The notes: generated by a model from the letters alone, not told the origin. Numbered from the stretch's first letter, positions 40,239 to 49,896 are shown. The stretch: DNA of 64,000 nt from an uncultured Acidobacteriaceae bacterium (GCA_963812865.1 CAWEWV010000011.1:354910-418909); one strand, 5' to 3'. Program-made: numbers and translations.

Positions 40239-41619
40239 ATGCCAACCCCGCCCAAACGCGAGTCGCCCCGAAAGAAACAAGCTAACCCAAAAGCTCCTCC
40301 GGCGGGTTCACCGAAGCGCCCTGGGACAAAGCCGGCTGCGTCTCGCCGCGTGGACGCGCCTCCGATCGCCCCTCCCGCCCCTGCGATTCCCGGAGCCATC
40401 CGCATCGCCCGCCGGGCCGCCGACCGTCTGCGCGCCGGCCATGTGTGGGTCTATCGGTCCGATGTCGAAGAATGGCCTGCCGGTGCGGATCGCCTCCCAG
40501 CCGGTCTGGTTCCGGTGACCGATCGCCGCGGCGCGCTGCTGGGCACGGGCCTCTATAGCCCAGCCTCCGAAATTGCGTTGCGGCTGGTCTCGCAGGAGCT
40601 TCTGTCCGACGAAAGCGCATGGCTCGCCATCCTGCGGGAACGGCTGCGCGCTGCGATCGACCGCCGTGCACGCCTCCTCGACCGGGACAACAATGCCTGC
40701 CGGCTCGTCTTCAGCGAGGCCGACGAGCTGCCGGGCATCACGGTGGACCAATACGCGGGCCTCGTCGTGGTGCAGCTGCGCCACAAGGCCCTCGACAACG
40801 ATGCGACCCGCGCGGCGGTGACGGAGACGATCCGCGCAGCCGTCAACACCGAACGAGGTGGGCCCGATACGATCCTCGAGCGCGAAGATCCGCGCATCCG
40901 GGAGCTGGAGCAGCTCAGCGTTCCCGCTTCGGCAACGTTGTTCGCGCGGGACCCGGAAACGCCCGTCACGAGCACCGGCTTCCGCCTGAACGGGCTCGAG
41001 TTCCATTTCGACGCGACCAGCGGCCAGAAGACCGGCGCGTTTCTCGACCAGCGGGAGAACTATGTCGCGGCTGCGCGCTACGCTGCCGGCGAAGCTCTCG
41101 ACGTCTGCACCTACCAAGGGGGATTCGCGCTGCATCTGGCCCGCGTCTGCCCGCGCGTCACCGGGATTGACGTCTCCCGGACGGCGCTGGAAGTGGCCGA
41201 CCAGAACCTGGCAGCCAATCGCGCGGCTCTCGGCGCCTCCGATGTCGATTGGGTCGAAGCCGACGCGTTCGCTCTGCTGCGCGACTGGAGCGATGCGGGC
41301 ACGGTTTACGACACCATCGTTCTCGATCCGCCGGCCTTTGCGAAGAGCAAACGCGCGGTGGAAGGGGCGCTGCGCGGCTACCGCGAACTGAACCTGCGCG
41401 CTCTGAAGATGCTGCGCCCGGGCGGGCGGCTGATCACCTGCTCCTGCTCGCACCACGTCTCGCTCGATGCGTTCATGGAGACGCTCCGCGCCGCTGCCGG
41501 CGATGCGCGCCGCCGCGTGCGCCTGCTCGAAATCCGCGGCGCGTCGGCCGGATCATCCCGTGGTGCTGAATATTCCGGAGACGGAGTATCTGAAGTGCGT
41601 GGTGGTGGAGGCAGAATAA
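40239..41619 (+). CDS. rlmI: class I SAM-dependent 23S rRNA (cytosine-C5) methyltransferase RlmI-like, with an apparent frameshift near 41546-41552
   Basis: PUA-like RLRAGHVWVYRSDV and the MTase motifs DVCTYQGGFALHLA and LDPPAFAKSK. The conserved C-terminus DHPVVLNIPETEYLKCVVVEAE-stop (TAA 41617-41619) is in a different frame from the body of the gene. Confidence 0.8.
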
Positions 41620-41834
41620 GTTGCAGCGCCAGGGCGGCGGCCAGCATTCCTCCATCCCTCCTCTTCAGCCAAAGTTGGGCAGCCCTTGGGCACCAAAAAA
41701 CTTTTGTGTGGGCGAGGTTGGGTAAACACCTGCATCGGCGAACTTTGCGGGGTAATACCCTGAGGGTGTTACCCCCTTGCCGCGTCCCCACGCTCGCCGA
41801 CAGCAGGCCGCCCGCCTTTGCCCTTCAGGGATAG

Positions 41835-41868
41835 AAAAGCCGCCTAACGAGGCGGCTTTTTCTTTTTT
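41835..41868. terminator. strong bidirectional-looking intrinsic terminator at the edge of the AT-rich island
   Basis: AAAAGCCGCC-TAACGA-GGCGGCTTTT followed by TCTTTTTT. This is a 10-bp stem with an A-tract 5' and a T-tract 3'. Confidence 0.6.
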
Positions 41869-41963
41869 ACTCCCTATTATTAGAATACCAAGTTCAGCGA
41901 GTAAGTACGCCAAATATTATTGGGTCGGCTGGCGTGTAAGTCCTTGTAAGTCAGCGGTCATTA

Positions 41964-42000
41964 CTTTGGATTTTTCCACATCCCCTTGACAAATTTTGGA
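41964..42000 (+). repeat. 37-nt promoter-like repeat, copy 1
   Basis: CTTTGGATTTTTCCACATCCCCTTGACAAATTTTGGA. It matches copy 2 at 32 of 37 positions and contains TTGACA. Confidence 0.7.
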
Positions 42001-42326
42001 GAAGGAGCGAGGGAACGGAATTTGGTGGGCAACTTAACTGCAGAACGGCTAACGGGCATTGTTTGTTTCTCTGCTCGATCAGGCTGTGGTTAAGGTGGAA
42101 TGGCGTGGCTCACAGCCTTTCAAATATTTCAACCGAAACGGGCTTCATCAACTCCCTGAAATCCCTTTCGAGGGGAATCGGGGGTTTTCTTTTTCCAGCG
42201 CGCTTCTCTCTTTTTAGTGACCTTTGAGGACCGCCGCGTACCAAGGATGCCTGTTACGATTGTCGCATAAACCGCCGCGTTTAAACGCCCTTTCCCCACT
42301 TCCCCCTGTACCGCACGACGCGGGCC

Positions 42327-43244
42327 ATGAACGTTAACAGGAGCGCGAATGTGACGATGATAAATCTAACGATACTGCCAGACTGGAACTCGCTCGATTC
42401 AATGAGACGCGCCCACAGCGACTTGGAGGCTGCTGGTCTCTTATTTTTCGCTCTGCTCGTCCTGATGGAAGCATTAGCCCATACCTCCAAAGACGATAAG
42501 AGGAAGCATCTATTAGACACAATCGGTATCTGGTTCTTCGCAATAGCTATTGTTTGCGAGATAGCCGGATACAAGTACGGCCAAAGGAACGACGATCTGT
42601 CGGGAGAGAAGATCAAATCTCTGGATACCGAAGCTGGTGATGCCCTTAAGAAAGCCTCTGATGCCCACACGCTCGCGCAGAGCGCGTCCGACATCGCCAA
42701 ACCAGCAAAGGAAACTGCCGACACGGCGAAGGGCGAGGCAGACGCAGCTTTAACTAAACTGGGGATTGTCCAAATAGGTGTAGATACTGCGAACGCCACA
42801 CTGGCTGACATCCAATCCAGAATTGCATGGCGATCAATTTCAGATGAGCAAAAGAAAACGCTGGAATATTGGCTCCGGGATTCCCGGGGAGAAAGCATCA
42901 CCGTAACGTGGGAAGAAAAGGACCCCGAGGTAAACATATTTGCTCTGTCGCTTGTATCCGCATTGCAAGATGCCGGACTGACTGTCCACCCAGCCCCTGT
43001 TTCTTTGGAGGCAGTGGGCTCAGCAAGAGCCTCCATTCTCTACGTATTAATTGAGGGAGACCCCACAATTAATACGTTTGTCAATCGTTTGGCAACGGCT
43101 CTCGTCTGTTCCTCTTTGGCGCGGGCGCCCATACAAACATTGCGGTCTACGGGCAGGATCGTGACCTTAGAAGTCAGACCTCGGAATCCGACCCCGCTAC
43201 CTCCGTTTCCGCTCGGATGTACCAGCGTTAGCGCCAGCCAATAG
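42327..43244 (+). CDS. hypothetical 2TM plus coiled-coil membrane protein (AT-rich island)
   Basis: Two TM helices (AAGLLFFALLVLMEAL and IGIWFFAIAIVCEIAGY), an Ala/Asp/Lys-rich helical segment (TEAGDALKKASDAHTLAQSASDIAKPAKETADTAKGEADAAL), and a C-terminal globular part. The start could be the internal Met at MINL or MRRA. Confidence 0.55.
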   Translation: MNVNRSANVTMINLTILPDWNSLDSMRRAHSDLEAAGLLFFALLVLMEALAHTSKDDKRKHLLDTIGIWFFAIAIVCEIAGYKYGQRNDDLSGEKIKSLDTEAGDALKKASDAHTLAQSASDIAKPAKETADTAKGEADAALTKLGIVQIGVDTANATLADIQSRIAWRSISDEQKKTLEYWLRDSRGESITVTWEEKDPEVNIFALSLVSALQDAGLTVHPAPVSLEAVGSARASILYVLIEGDPTINTFVNRLATALVCSSLARAPIQTLRSTGRIVTLEVRPRNPTPLPPFPLGCTSVSASQ

Positions 43245-43300
43245 ACAACAAGCCCTGTCACGGCCTGCACAGTAGACCTTAACGTGCGAGGACATTTTCT

Positions 43301-43337
43301 CTTTGGATTTTTCCACAAAGGCTTGACAAGTTTTGGA
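43301..43337 (+). repeat. 37-nt promoter-like repeat, copy 2
   Basis: CTTTGGATTTTTCCACAAAGGCTTGACAAGTTTTGGA, in the same orientation as copy 1. It lies in the convergent spacer between the two island genes. Confidence 0.7.
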
Positions 43338-43621
43338 TGTCGGGCCGGTTGGGTAAAAGGAGGACGGTATCGCATGCGGATCGCCCATTCGGGATCGCAT
43401 TCAAGGACGAGGCGAGAGGGCAATGTGAGCTGCGTCTGTTCCAAAGTGGGAGGCCCAAAGTTACTTCGGAACTGAGGCAGGGATATTTATCTGGACGATC
43501 CGACGACAGGAAGCTTTAGCTTCTTGCTGTGGGGTGAACCTGGCCGCTGAGCATCGGCTTGCTCTGAGCCGAATGCGCTTCGTGCAAGGAGAAGCGACCG
43601 TAGGTGTCATAGTGGCCGGAA

Positions 43622-44430
43622 TTATACGACTTGCGGTGGTGTTCCCTCTATTAAGCGCAGCATAAAGATTCTGACTGCGCCAATGATGTGTTCGGCGATA
43701 TCGGGCGTAAAGTCTGTATTCGGAACAATGGCGAGATGATTCGCTGCGTGGTCAACCTTGTGACGCCATGCCAGCACCAAGCTGTCGATTTCACGGTGCA
43801 TTTGTTCTAAGAATGGGAACTGCCCCGTTAAGTCGCTTGGCAAGCCAGCATGGCCGCCGTTTACCAGGAGTTTCAGGCGCTTCTCGGTTGCCCCCCATCC
43901 TTTGCGGGGATCGGTCACCCCAATGTCGTTTCCAGCTTGATTGCTCCCCATTCTGCTACCTGCATGGAGTGAAATATTGCAGCGGTATATCTTGCCAGAG
44001 AAAAGCATTTATTCATCTCTTCAACGTCCCGGATAATCTCCGGGCATCGGTCAAGTATCGCCCCCCAGCCTTTTTGCCAATTCTCGTAGCGATCAGCTTC
44101 GGCTGGAGAAAGCGCCAGAAAGAATTCGAATTGCAATTCGTCAACTATCCTGGAGCATAACGCATCCAGGAGGGTAGTTTGTGTACCGATAGTGCAGTCA
44201 TCTCGTTTCAAAGCGTCAAGCAGTCTGTCGGCAGTAGCAATGGGTGTTCGCAGCCCGAGATAGACGCACTCCTGACGCGCACTTTGAATCACTTCGATTC
44301 CCTCCAGACGGAGATGTTCTGGTATCACGTCGCTTTTATCGTCGTGACGCCACATCCCGGCAATGTCGGCGAAAGCGCTGGTTAGGGATGTCACGAACTC
44401 TGCATGGAATCTCTTCATGATTTCCGCCAA
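43622..44430 (-). CDS. hypothetical all-helical protein with a HEPN-like R-x4-H motif, with an apparent 1-nt frameshift near 43928-43934
   Basis: ORFs 43915..44430 and 43622..44008 overlap in different frames and join sensibly (...FHSMQVAEWGAIKL / NDIGVTDPRKGWGATEKRLKLLV...). The C-terminal half contains LVLAWRHKVDHAANH. Confidence 0.5.
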
Positions 44431-44559
44431 GGCAACGAGTTGACTTCGCGCACACGATCTCCTACCTTCTCTCTAGCTTGGTAGAGGAGTGTGCAAATCT
44501 AACTTCAGTAAAGTATATTATTGCGACTTACGACTCCGGGGTATCCAGACCGGCGTTCC

Positions 44560-45745
44560 TCAGGGGATGTCGGCGTATTCCGGCGAGAGGTCGCGGAGTT
44601 TCGGACGACCTCGATGAGCCGCTCGGCAACGTAGTCGATTTCTTCTTCGGTATTGAAGCGGCCGATGCCGAAGCGGATGGAGAGTGCGCGGCCTCTTCGC
44701 TGAGGCCGAGGGCGCGCAGCACATGCGACGGCTCAATCTCGGCCGAGGTGCAGGCCGAGCCGCTCGACAGCGCGACATCCTTCAGGCCCATCATCAGCGA
44801 TCTCGCTGTCCACGTGCTCGAAGGTGATGTTGAGATTGCCGGGCAGGCGATGTTCCTGCGAGCCGTTGACCCGGATCCGCTCGAGCCCCGCCTCGATCTT
44901 TGCCTGAGGCGATCGCGCAGCGCCGTCAGGCGCGCGGCTTCCGACTGCCATCTCTGCGGCGGCGATCTCGCAGGCTGTGCCCAGTCCCACAATGCCGGGA
45001 ACGTTGAGCGTGCCGGAGCGCATGCCGCGCTCGTGGCCGCCGCCGTGCATCTGCTCCGCGAGCGGTGACTGCGGGTTGCGTCGCCGGACGTAGAGCGCGC
45101 CCACGCCCTTGGGTCCGTAAATCTTGTGCCCGGAGATGCGAGAGCAGATCGATGTTCTGCGGTTGACGTCAACCGGAAGCTTGCCGGCTGCCTGAGCCGC
45201 GTCGGTGTGGAAGAGGACGCCACGCTCGCGGCACAGCGCGCCGATCTCGTCGATCGGCTGAAGCGTCGCCGATTTCGTTGTTCGCAAACAGGATGGAGAC
45301 GAGCATCGGCTTCTCGTCGTCGATCGCGCGGCGCAGATCGTCGAGGCGGATGCGACCGTCTCCATCGACGGGCAGGACCGTGACGCGGCAGCCCTGTTGT
45401 TCCAGCCAGCGGCAGGGGTCGAGGACGGCCTTATGCTCGGTAGCCTGGGTGACCACGTGACCGTGGGGATCGGCGGCGCTGGCAGCCTCCACGACGCCTT
45501 TGAGCGCGAGGTTGTTGCTCTCCGTGGCGCCGGAGGTGAAGACGATCTCTTTGCGGCGTGGCGCCGATGAGCGCCGCCATCTGCGCGCGCGCGTCTTCGA
45601 CGGCTTGTTCGGCCGCCCAGCCAAAGGCGTGGCTGCGGCTGGCGGCGTTGCCGTAGCGCTCGGTGAGGAAGGGCATCATCGCCTCGAGCACCCGCGGGTC
45701 GAGCCGCGTGGTGGCGTGATTGTCGAGATAGATGGGGAGGTTCAT
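44560..45745 (-). pseudogene. iscS: cysteine desulfurase IscS/NifS-type, reading frame broken at least eight times
   Basis: Highly conserved pieces occur in all three minus frames: [13 protein letters not shown]..., [17 protein letters not shown]...TEHKAVL, ...[35 protein letters not shown]...[66 protein letters not shown], and [14 protein letters not shown]-stop. The length of 1186 nt is not a multiple of 3. Confidence 0.85.
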
Positions 45746-45769
45746 CGAGGCCTGATTCCAGGCCGTCCG

Positions 45770-46240
45770 CTACAACTGCTTGATGGTATAGCTGAGGTCG
45801 CACAGTTCCGGCCGGCGTCGCTGACGGCAAATCGGCTGCCGGCTCCGCCAGGTCGGCGATGCTGATGCTGCGGAGCAGGCCGGAGATCAGTCGTTGACAC
45901 GCGCCAGCGGTTCTTTGATGGTGCAGCTGGCGGTCAGGTCGCAGACCGCTGTGGCTGGGTCCGCAGGAGGTGATGAAGAGGGGCCCGTCGATGGCGTGGA
46001 TGACCTCGAAGGCGGAGATTTCGCGCGCTTCTTGAGCAGCGAATAGCCGCCGTTCATGCCGGCGTGGGAGCGCAGGATGCCCACCTTCGCCAGCCGCTGC
46101 AGGATCTTCGCCAGCAGCTGCGGCGGGATGTGGTAGGCCTCCGCGATGTCCTTGGCGCTGAGCGAGGCCTGATTCGCGTGCTCGGCCAGGAACTTGAGCG
46201 CCATGAGGCCGTAGTCGGCTTTTTTGGTGAGCCTGAGCAT
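45770..46240 (-). pseudogene. iscR: Rrf2-family regulator IscR-like, four alternating frameshifts
   Basis: MLRLTKKADYGLMALKFLAEH...GMNGGYSLL (frame A), AREISAFEVIHAIDGPLFITSC (frame B), CDLTASCTIKEPLARVN (A), LISGLLRSISIADLAEP (B), then ...LSYTIKQL-stop (A). Confidence 0.75.
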
Positions 46241-46395
46241 AGTTCGCCCGTATAGCAAGTTTACGGGGAAGAGGAAGCGAATTCAATTGGAATGCGGGAT
46301 TCAGCTGGTCCAGTGGATTTTCGGGCGCTCGGCCGCGAGACGAACGGGGCCGCGCCGCGTCTGTTGCATCAGCCATTTCTCGAGGGAAGGTGACG

Positions 46396-46865
46396 ATGAT
46401 ACGACGCAGTTTCCTGCCGGCGGTCCTCTGTGTTTTGGTGTGCCTGTCCACGGGCGTCCAGGTGGGGTCTGCCGCGGCGTCCTCTCCCCCGGATCTGGCC
46501 CATACCTGTCTCATCACCGAGGATGTGGATCGGCTGGTCGCGTTCTACGAGCCGGTTCTCCAGCGCAAGGCGCAGCGCAGCGGGCAGGATTACGCAGAGT
46601 TCCGCACCGGCTCCGGCGTGCTGGCGATTTTCTCCGCCCAGGCGCAGGAGAAGTACATCCCCGGCTCGGCAACGGCGGCGAGCAATCGCAGCATGATCCT
46701 CGAATTCAGGGTGAGCGATGTCGATGGCGAGTACGCGAGGCTGCGGAGTCTGGTCAAAGTCTGGGTCAAGCCCCCACCACGCAGCCCTGGGGGACGCGGT
46801 CGGTTTACTTTCGGGATCCGGACGGGAACCTCGTCGATTTCTTCACGCCCGCACGAAAGCCGTAG
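46396..46865 (+). CDS. secreted VOC (glyoxalase/bleomycin-resistance fold) family protein, with an apparent frameshift in the C5 run at 46771-46775
   Basis: Signal peptide MIRRSFLPAVLCVLVCLSTG, then HTCLITEDVDRLVAFYEPVL...ILEFRVSDVDGEYARL in one frame. The typical end TTQPWGTRSVYFRDPDGNLVDFF is in another frame. Confidence 0.7.
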
Positions 46866-46882
46866 CGGGCTGGGGCGGGGTT

Positions 46883-47770
46883 TCAGCGCGTACGTGCAGC
46901 GTCGTAGACCGCCTGGGCAATCTCCGCGATCACGTGTTCGCGCACCGCGGGGGGCGCGGCCGCATCGGCCACCAGGATCGCGATGGCCAACTTTCGTCCG
47001 TCCGGCAACGTGATCAGCCCCACATCGTTGGTCGCATTGGTGAAGTTGCGGGCCGAACCGGAGGTCCCCGTTTTGTCGGCGACCACGGTTCCGGGCGGCA
47101 GCAGCGCTCTGATTCTGTGGTCGCCGGTGTGGGAGGCGGTCATCCAGCCGAGGAGCAACTGCGTGTGCTGCGGCGAGAGCGGCGAGCGGTCGGCGAGGAG
47201 ACGGAGCAGCGCCACGAGGGCGCGCGGCTCGGCGGAGTTTCGATCCTCGAGCTTCACCTCACGGCCGAGGGCCTGCTCCGTGTCGACGATGTGGATGCCG
47301 CTGATGCCGAGGCTGCGAACGTACGCGTCGGGCGCCGATGGGCCGCCCAGGCTGCGGACGAGCATGTCGGACGCTACCCCATCGCTGTTCGAAACCGCGA
47401 GGCGCAGCAGGTCTTCGATGGGTACGTCGGCGTTGCCGTGGGGATGCTCCTGTTGCAACTGGCTGAACTGGTCGGGGGCGATCCGGTCGGAGGGGAGAAA
47501 GCGGATTTTCTGGTCCAGGGTGAAGCGGCCCTGCTCGACGGCGTGCAGCATCGCCATGGCGATCGGCAGCTTGTATACCGACTGCATCGGAAATGCGTCG
47601 GCCGCATGAACATTGCAGTCCAGCGTCTTCCCCGGCAGGGAGCACGCGACGCCAACGCGGCCGTGGGCCTGCGCCGCGATGCGGGCGATATCAGCGCTGC
47701 GTTGAGCGTGGGCGGAAAGCGCGAGACCCAACGAAGCCAGAAGAGAAGCCAGAAGAGAAGCGCGGGGCAT
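46883..47770 (-). CDS. class A beta-lactamase-like serine hydrolase, secreted
   Basis: Signal peptide plus the SVYK (SxxK), SNSD (SDN-like) and KTGT (KTG) motifs in the canonical order and spacing. Confidence 0.8.
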   Translation of the reverse strand: MPRASLLASLLASLGLALSAHAQRSADIARIAAQAHGRVGVACSLPGKTLDCNVHAADAFPMQSVYKLPIAMAMLHAVEQGRFTLDQKIRFLPSDRIAPDQFSQLQQEHPHGNADVPIEDLLRLAVSNSDGVASDMLVRSLGGPSAPDAYVRSLGISGIHIVDTEQALGREVKLEDRNSAEPRALVALLRLLADRSPLSPQHTQLLLGWMTASHTGDHRIRALLPPGTVVADKTGTSGSARNFTNATNDVGLITLPDGRKLAIAILVADAAAPPAVREHVIAEIAQAVYDAARTR

Positions 47771-47806
47771 TCAGCCGATTGTATCGGCAATCCTCAGGAC
47801 GGAGGG

Positions 47807-48583
47807 TTACACCCAACCGCCATCGATGACGTAGCTCTGGTTCGTGATGGAACTGCTGTCGTCGGCGGCGAGGAAGAGGATCAGGCGCGCCACCTCTTCC
47901 GGCAGGATCAGGCGCTTGAGGGCCTGGGCGGCGAGGATTTCGGCTTCGTACTCCGGGGTGAGCCAGAGACGGCGCTGGCGTTCGGTGACGATGGCGCCCG
48001 GCATCACGCAGTTGACGCGGATGTTGTCGGCGCCCAGCTCGTGGGCCAGGGTGCGCGTCATGCCGACGATGCCGGCTTTCGCCGTGACGTAGACGGGCAC
48101 GTTCGTCGACGGAATGACCCACGCAATCGAGCTGACATTGATGATCGAGCCGCGTCTCGCCTGCCGCATACGGGGAATGACGGCCTGCGCCATGAAGAAC
48201 TGCTGTTTGAGGTTGATCGCGATGGTGCGATCCCAGAATTCCGAGGTGACTTCTTCGATGGAGTGACGCGCGTCGTTGCCGGCATTATTGACCAGCACAT
48301 CGACGGTTCCGCAGCGGTCGAGGATGGTCAGCACCGCGGTCTGGAGGGCCGCAACGTCGGTAAGATCGCAGGCGACGAAGGTCGGCGCATGGGCGCTGAC
48401 CGGTTGCAAGCGCTCGATCAGTCTTCCCGCAGCGTCGGCTTGCACGTCCAGGAAAACCACGCGCGCGCCGTTCGCGGCAAAGGCCTCGACGATGGCTTCC
48501 CCAATGCCGCTGGCTCCGCCCGTTACCAGGACGACGCGATCCTGCAGGCTTGGATAGGTGGCGAACGCAGAGGCGGGCGGCAT
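47807..48583 (-). CDS. SDR family oxidoreductase
   Basis: VVLVTGGASGIGEAI cofactor motif, NNAG, and the catalytic YVTAKAG (YxxxK). Confidence 0.85.
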   Translation of the reverse strand: MPPASAFATYPSLQDRVVLVTGGASGIGEAIVEAFAANGARVVFLDVQADAAGRLIERLQPVSAHAPTFVACDLTDVAALQTAVLTILDRCGTVDVLVNNAGNDARHSIEEVTSEFWDRTIAINLKQQFFMAQAVIPRMRQARRGSIINVSSIAWVIPSTNVPVYVTAKAGIVGMTRTLAHELGADNIRVNCVMPGAIVTERQRRLWLTPEYEAEILAAQALKRLILPEEVARLILFLAADDSSSITNQSYVIDGGWV

Positions 48584-48618
48584 CGGTATCGATGATAGCC
48601 GCAGTCCGGATGCGAACC

Positions 48619-49896
48619 TTATTGCGGACGCACCACCGCCAGCGAAATCGGCGACTGCGGCAGGGTCACCGCGCCGCCCGCAATCTCCGACAGCTCCCCC
48701 GTGGCCGGATTGACCTTGTAGGCGACGATGGTATCGCTGGAGGCGTCATCCCCCGCTCCCCGGTTCGGGACCAGATACACGTATTTCACTGCCGGATCCA
48801 CCACCACCCAGGATCCGTAGCTCGCGCTGTAGGTGGCGATCAGGCTCAACGCGCCCGTGTCCTCGTTGATCTCGTAGTCGTACATCGCCCTGTTCCCGAG
48901 CGCATAGAGAAAGCTGCCATTGGGCGCCATCAGGATGGCGAACGGAGCGGTCTCCGGTGTTACTCGGGCCAGCCACTGAAGCGTGGTGAAGGTGCCGTCC
49001 ACACCCATGCTGTATGGCACGATCTCGTATTGCCCGACGCCCTCGTTCGGATAAACGGGCTCCGCTGCATACAGATACTTCGCCGAAGGAGTGACTGCTG
49101 GCGCGACGCCCACCTGTGCGCCGCCGAGGGCGATGTTGGTGGTGAGGGAACCATTCGAGGGACTGATGTGGAAAGCCGCGATGCTGGAAACCGACTGGTA
49201 GGTGAGGTTCACAAAAACGTCGGTGCTCGACAGGGCGGGCGGCTCAGGGACAGCGCTGCCGGCAGCTAGCGCGCTGCCCAGAGCATAGGGCGATCCGGGC
49301 ACCTCGGAGAGATGACCATTGGCGGCGACATAGTATCCATATAAGTGGATGGCGCCGCCGATGGTCAGCGCGGGTGGCGTGCCGTACAGGTACTGCCCCG
49401 TCGGATCGACGGCGATGGCCCCCGCGGGGATCGGGAGGTTGGCGATATTGGTCAGGGTGCCCGTCGTCGCATCGACCCCGAGCGAATCGACTCCATCGCC
49501 GATCAGGTTGTAGGCGAGGAAGAGGAACCGGCCCAGCGGATCGGCGGCGAGATTCGTCGAGCATGCCGCCGTGCACGGCCGCGAATTTTCGGTTCCGACA
49601 TTCGCCAGGAACGGCTCGCCGCTCACAGGAGTCAGCACTCCCGTTGATGCGTCGATTTGCCAGGCGTAGACCGTACCGCCGCCGCCGGACGCGGTGGCAT
49701 AGAGGAACTCGTTCCCGCTGCTCGTGCTGCTTCCCGACGACCCGCTGCCGCCGGTGGTGCCGGAACCGCCGCTTCCGGTACCCTCGCTTCCACCCGAGCC
49801 TCCGCCCGGCGAACTGCTGGTCATGTTGATGCTATTGCCGCAGCCGGTGAGGACCAGCGCGATCGTCCAAGAGAGGGCCAGGCGAAGAGCTTTCAT
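48619..49896 (-). CDS. lipoprotein with beta-propeller (lactonase-like) repeats and a Gly/Ser-rich N-terminal linker
   Basis: Lipobox LVLTGCGNS, a long GSG-rich tract, and repeated ...G.(Y/F)L(Y/F)... blade motifs (GRFLFLAYN, GQYLYGTP, AKYLYAAEP, GSFLYALGN, VKYVYLVPN). Confidence 0.7.
   Translation of the reverse strand: MKALRLALSWTIALVLTGCGNSINMTSSSPGGGSGGSEGTGSGGSGTTGGSGSSGSSTSSGNEFLYATASGGGGTVYAWQIDASTGVLTPVSGEPFLANVGTENSRPCTAACSTNLAADPLGRFLFLAYNLIGDGVDSLGVDATTGTLTNIANLPIPAGAIAVDPTGQYLYGTPPALTIGGAIHLYGYYVAANGHLSEVPGSPYALGSALAAGSAVPEPPALSSTDVFVNLTYQSVSSIAAFHISPSNGSLTTNIALGGAQVGVAPAVTPSAKYLYAAEPVYPNEGVGQYEIVPYSMGVDGTFTTLQWLARVTPETAPFAILMAPNGSFLYALGNRAMYDYEINEDTGALSLIATYSASYGSWVVVDPAVKYVYLVPNRGAGDDASSDTIVAYKVNPATGELSEIAGGAVTLPQSPISLAVVRPQ

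Noticed and set aside
46718-48595. 625-aa plus-strand ORF
   Set aside because: It is antisense to the beta-lactamase-like and SDR genes. It has a Gly/Arg/Asp-rich shadow composition with no motifs.
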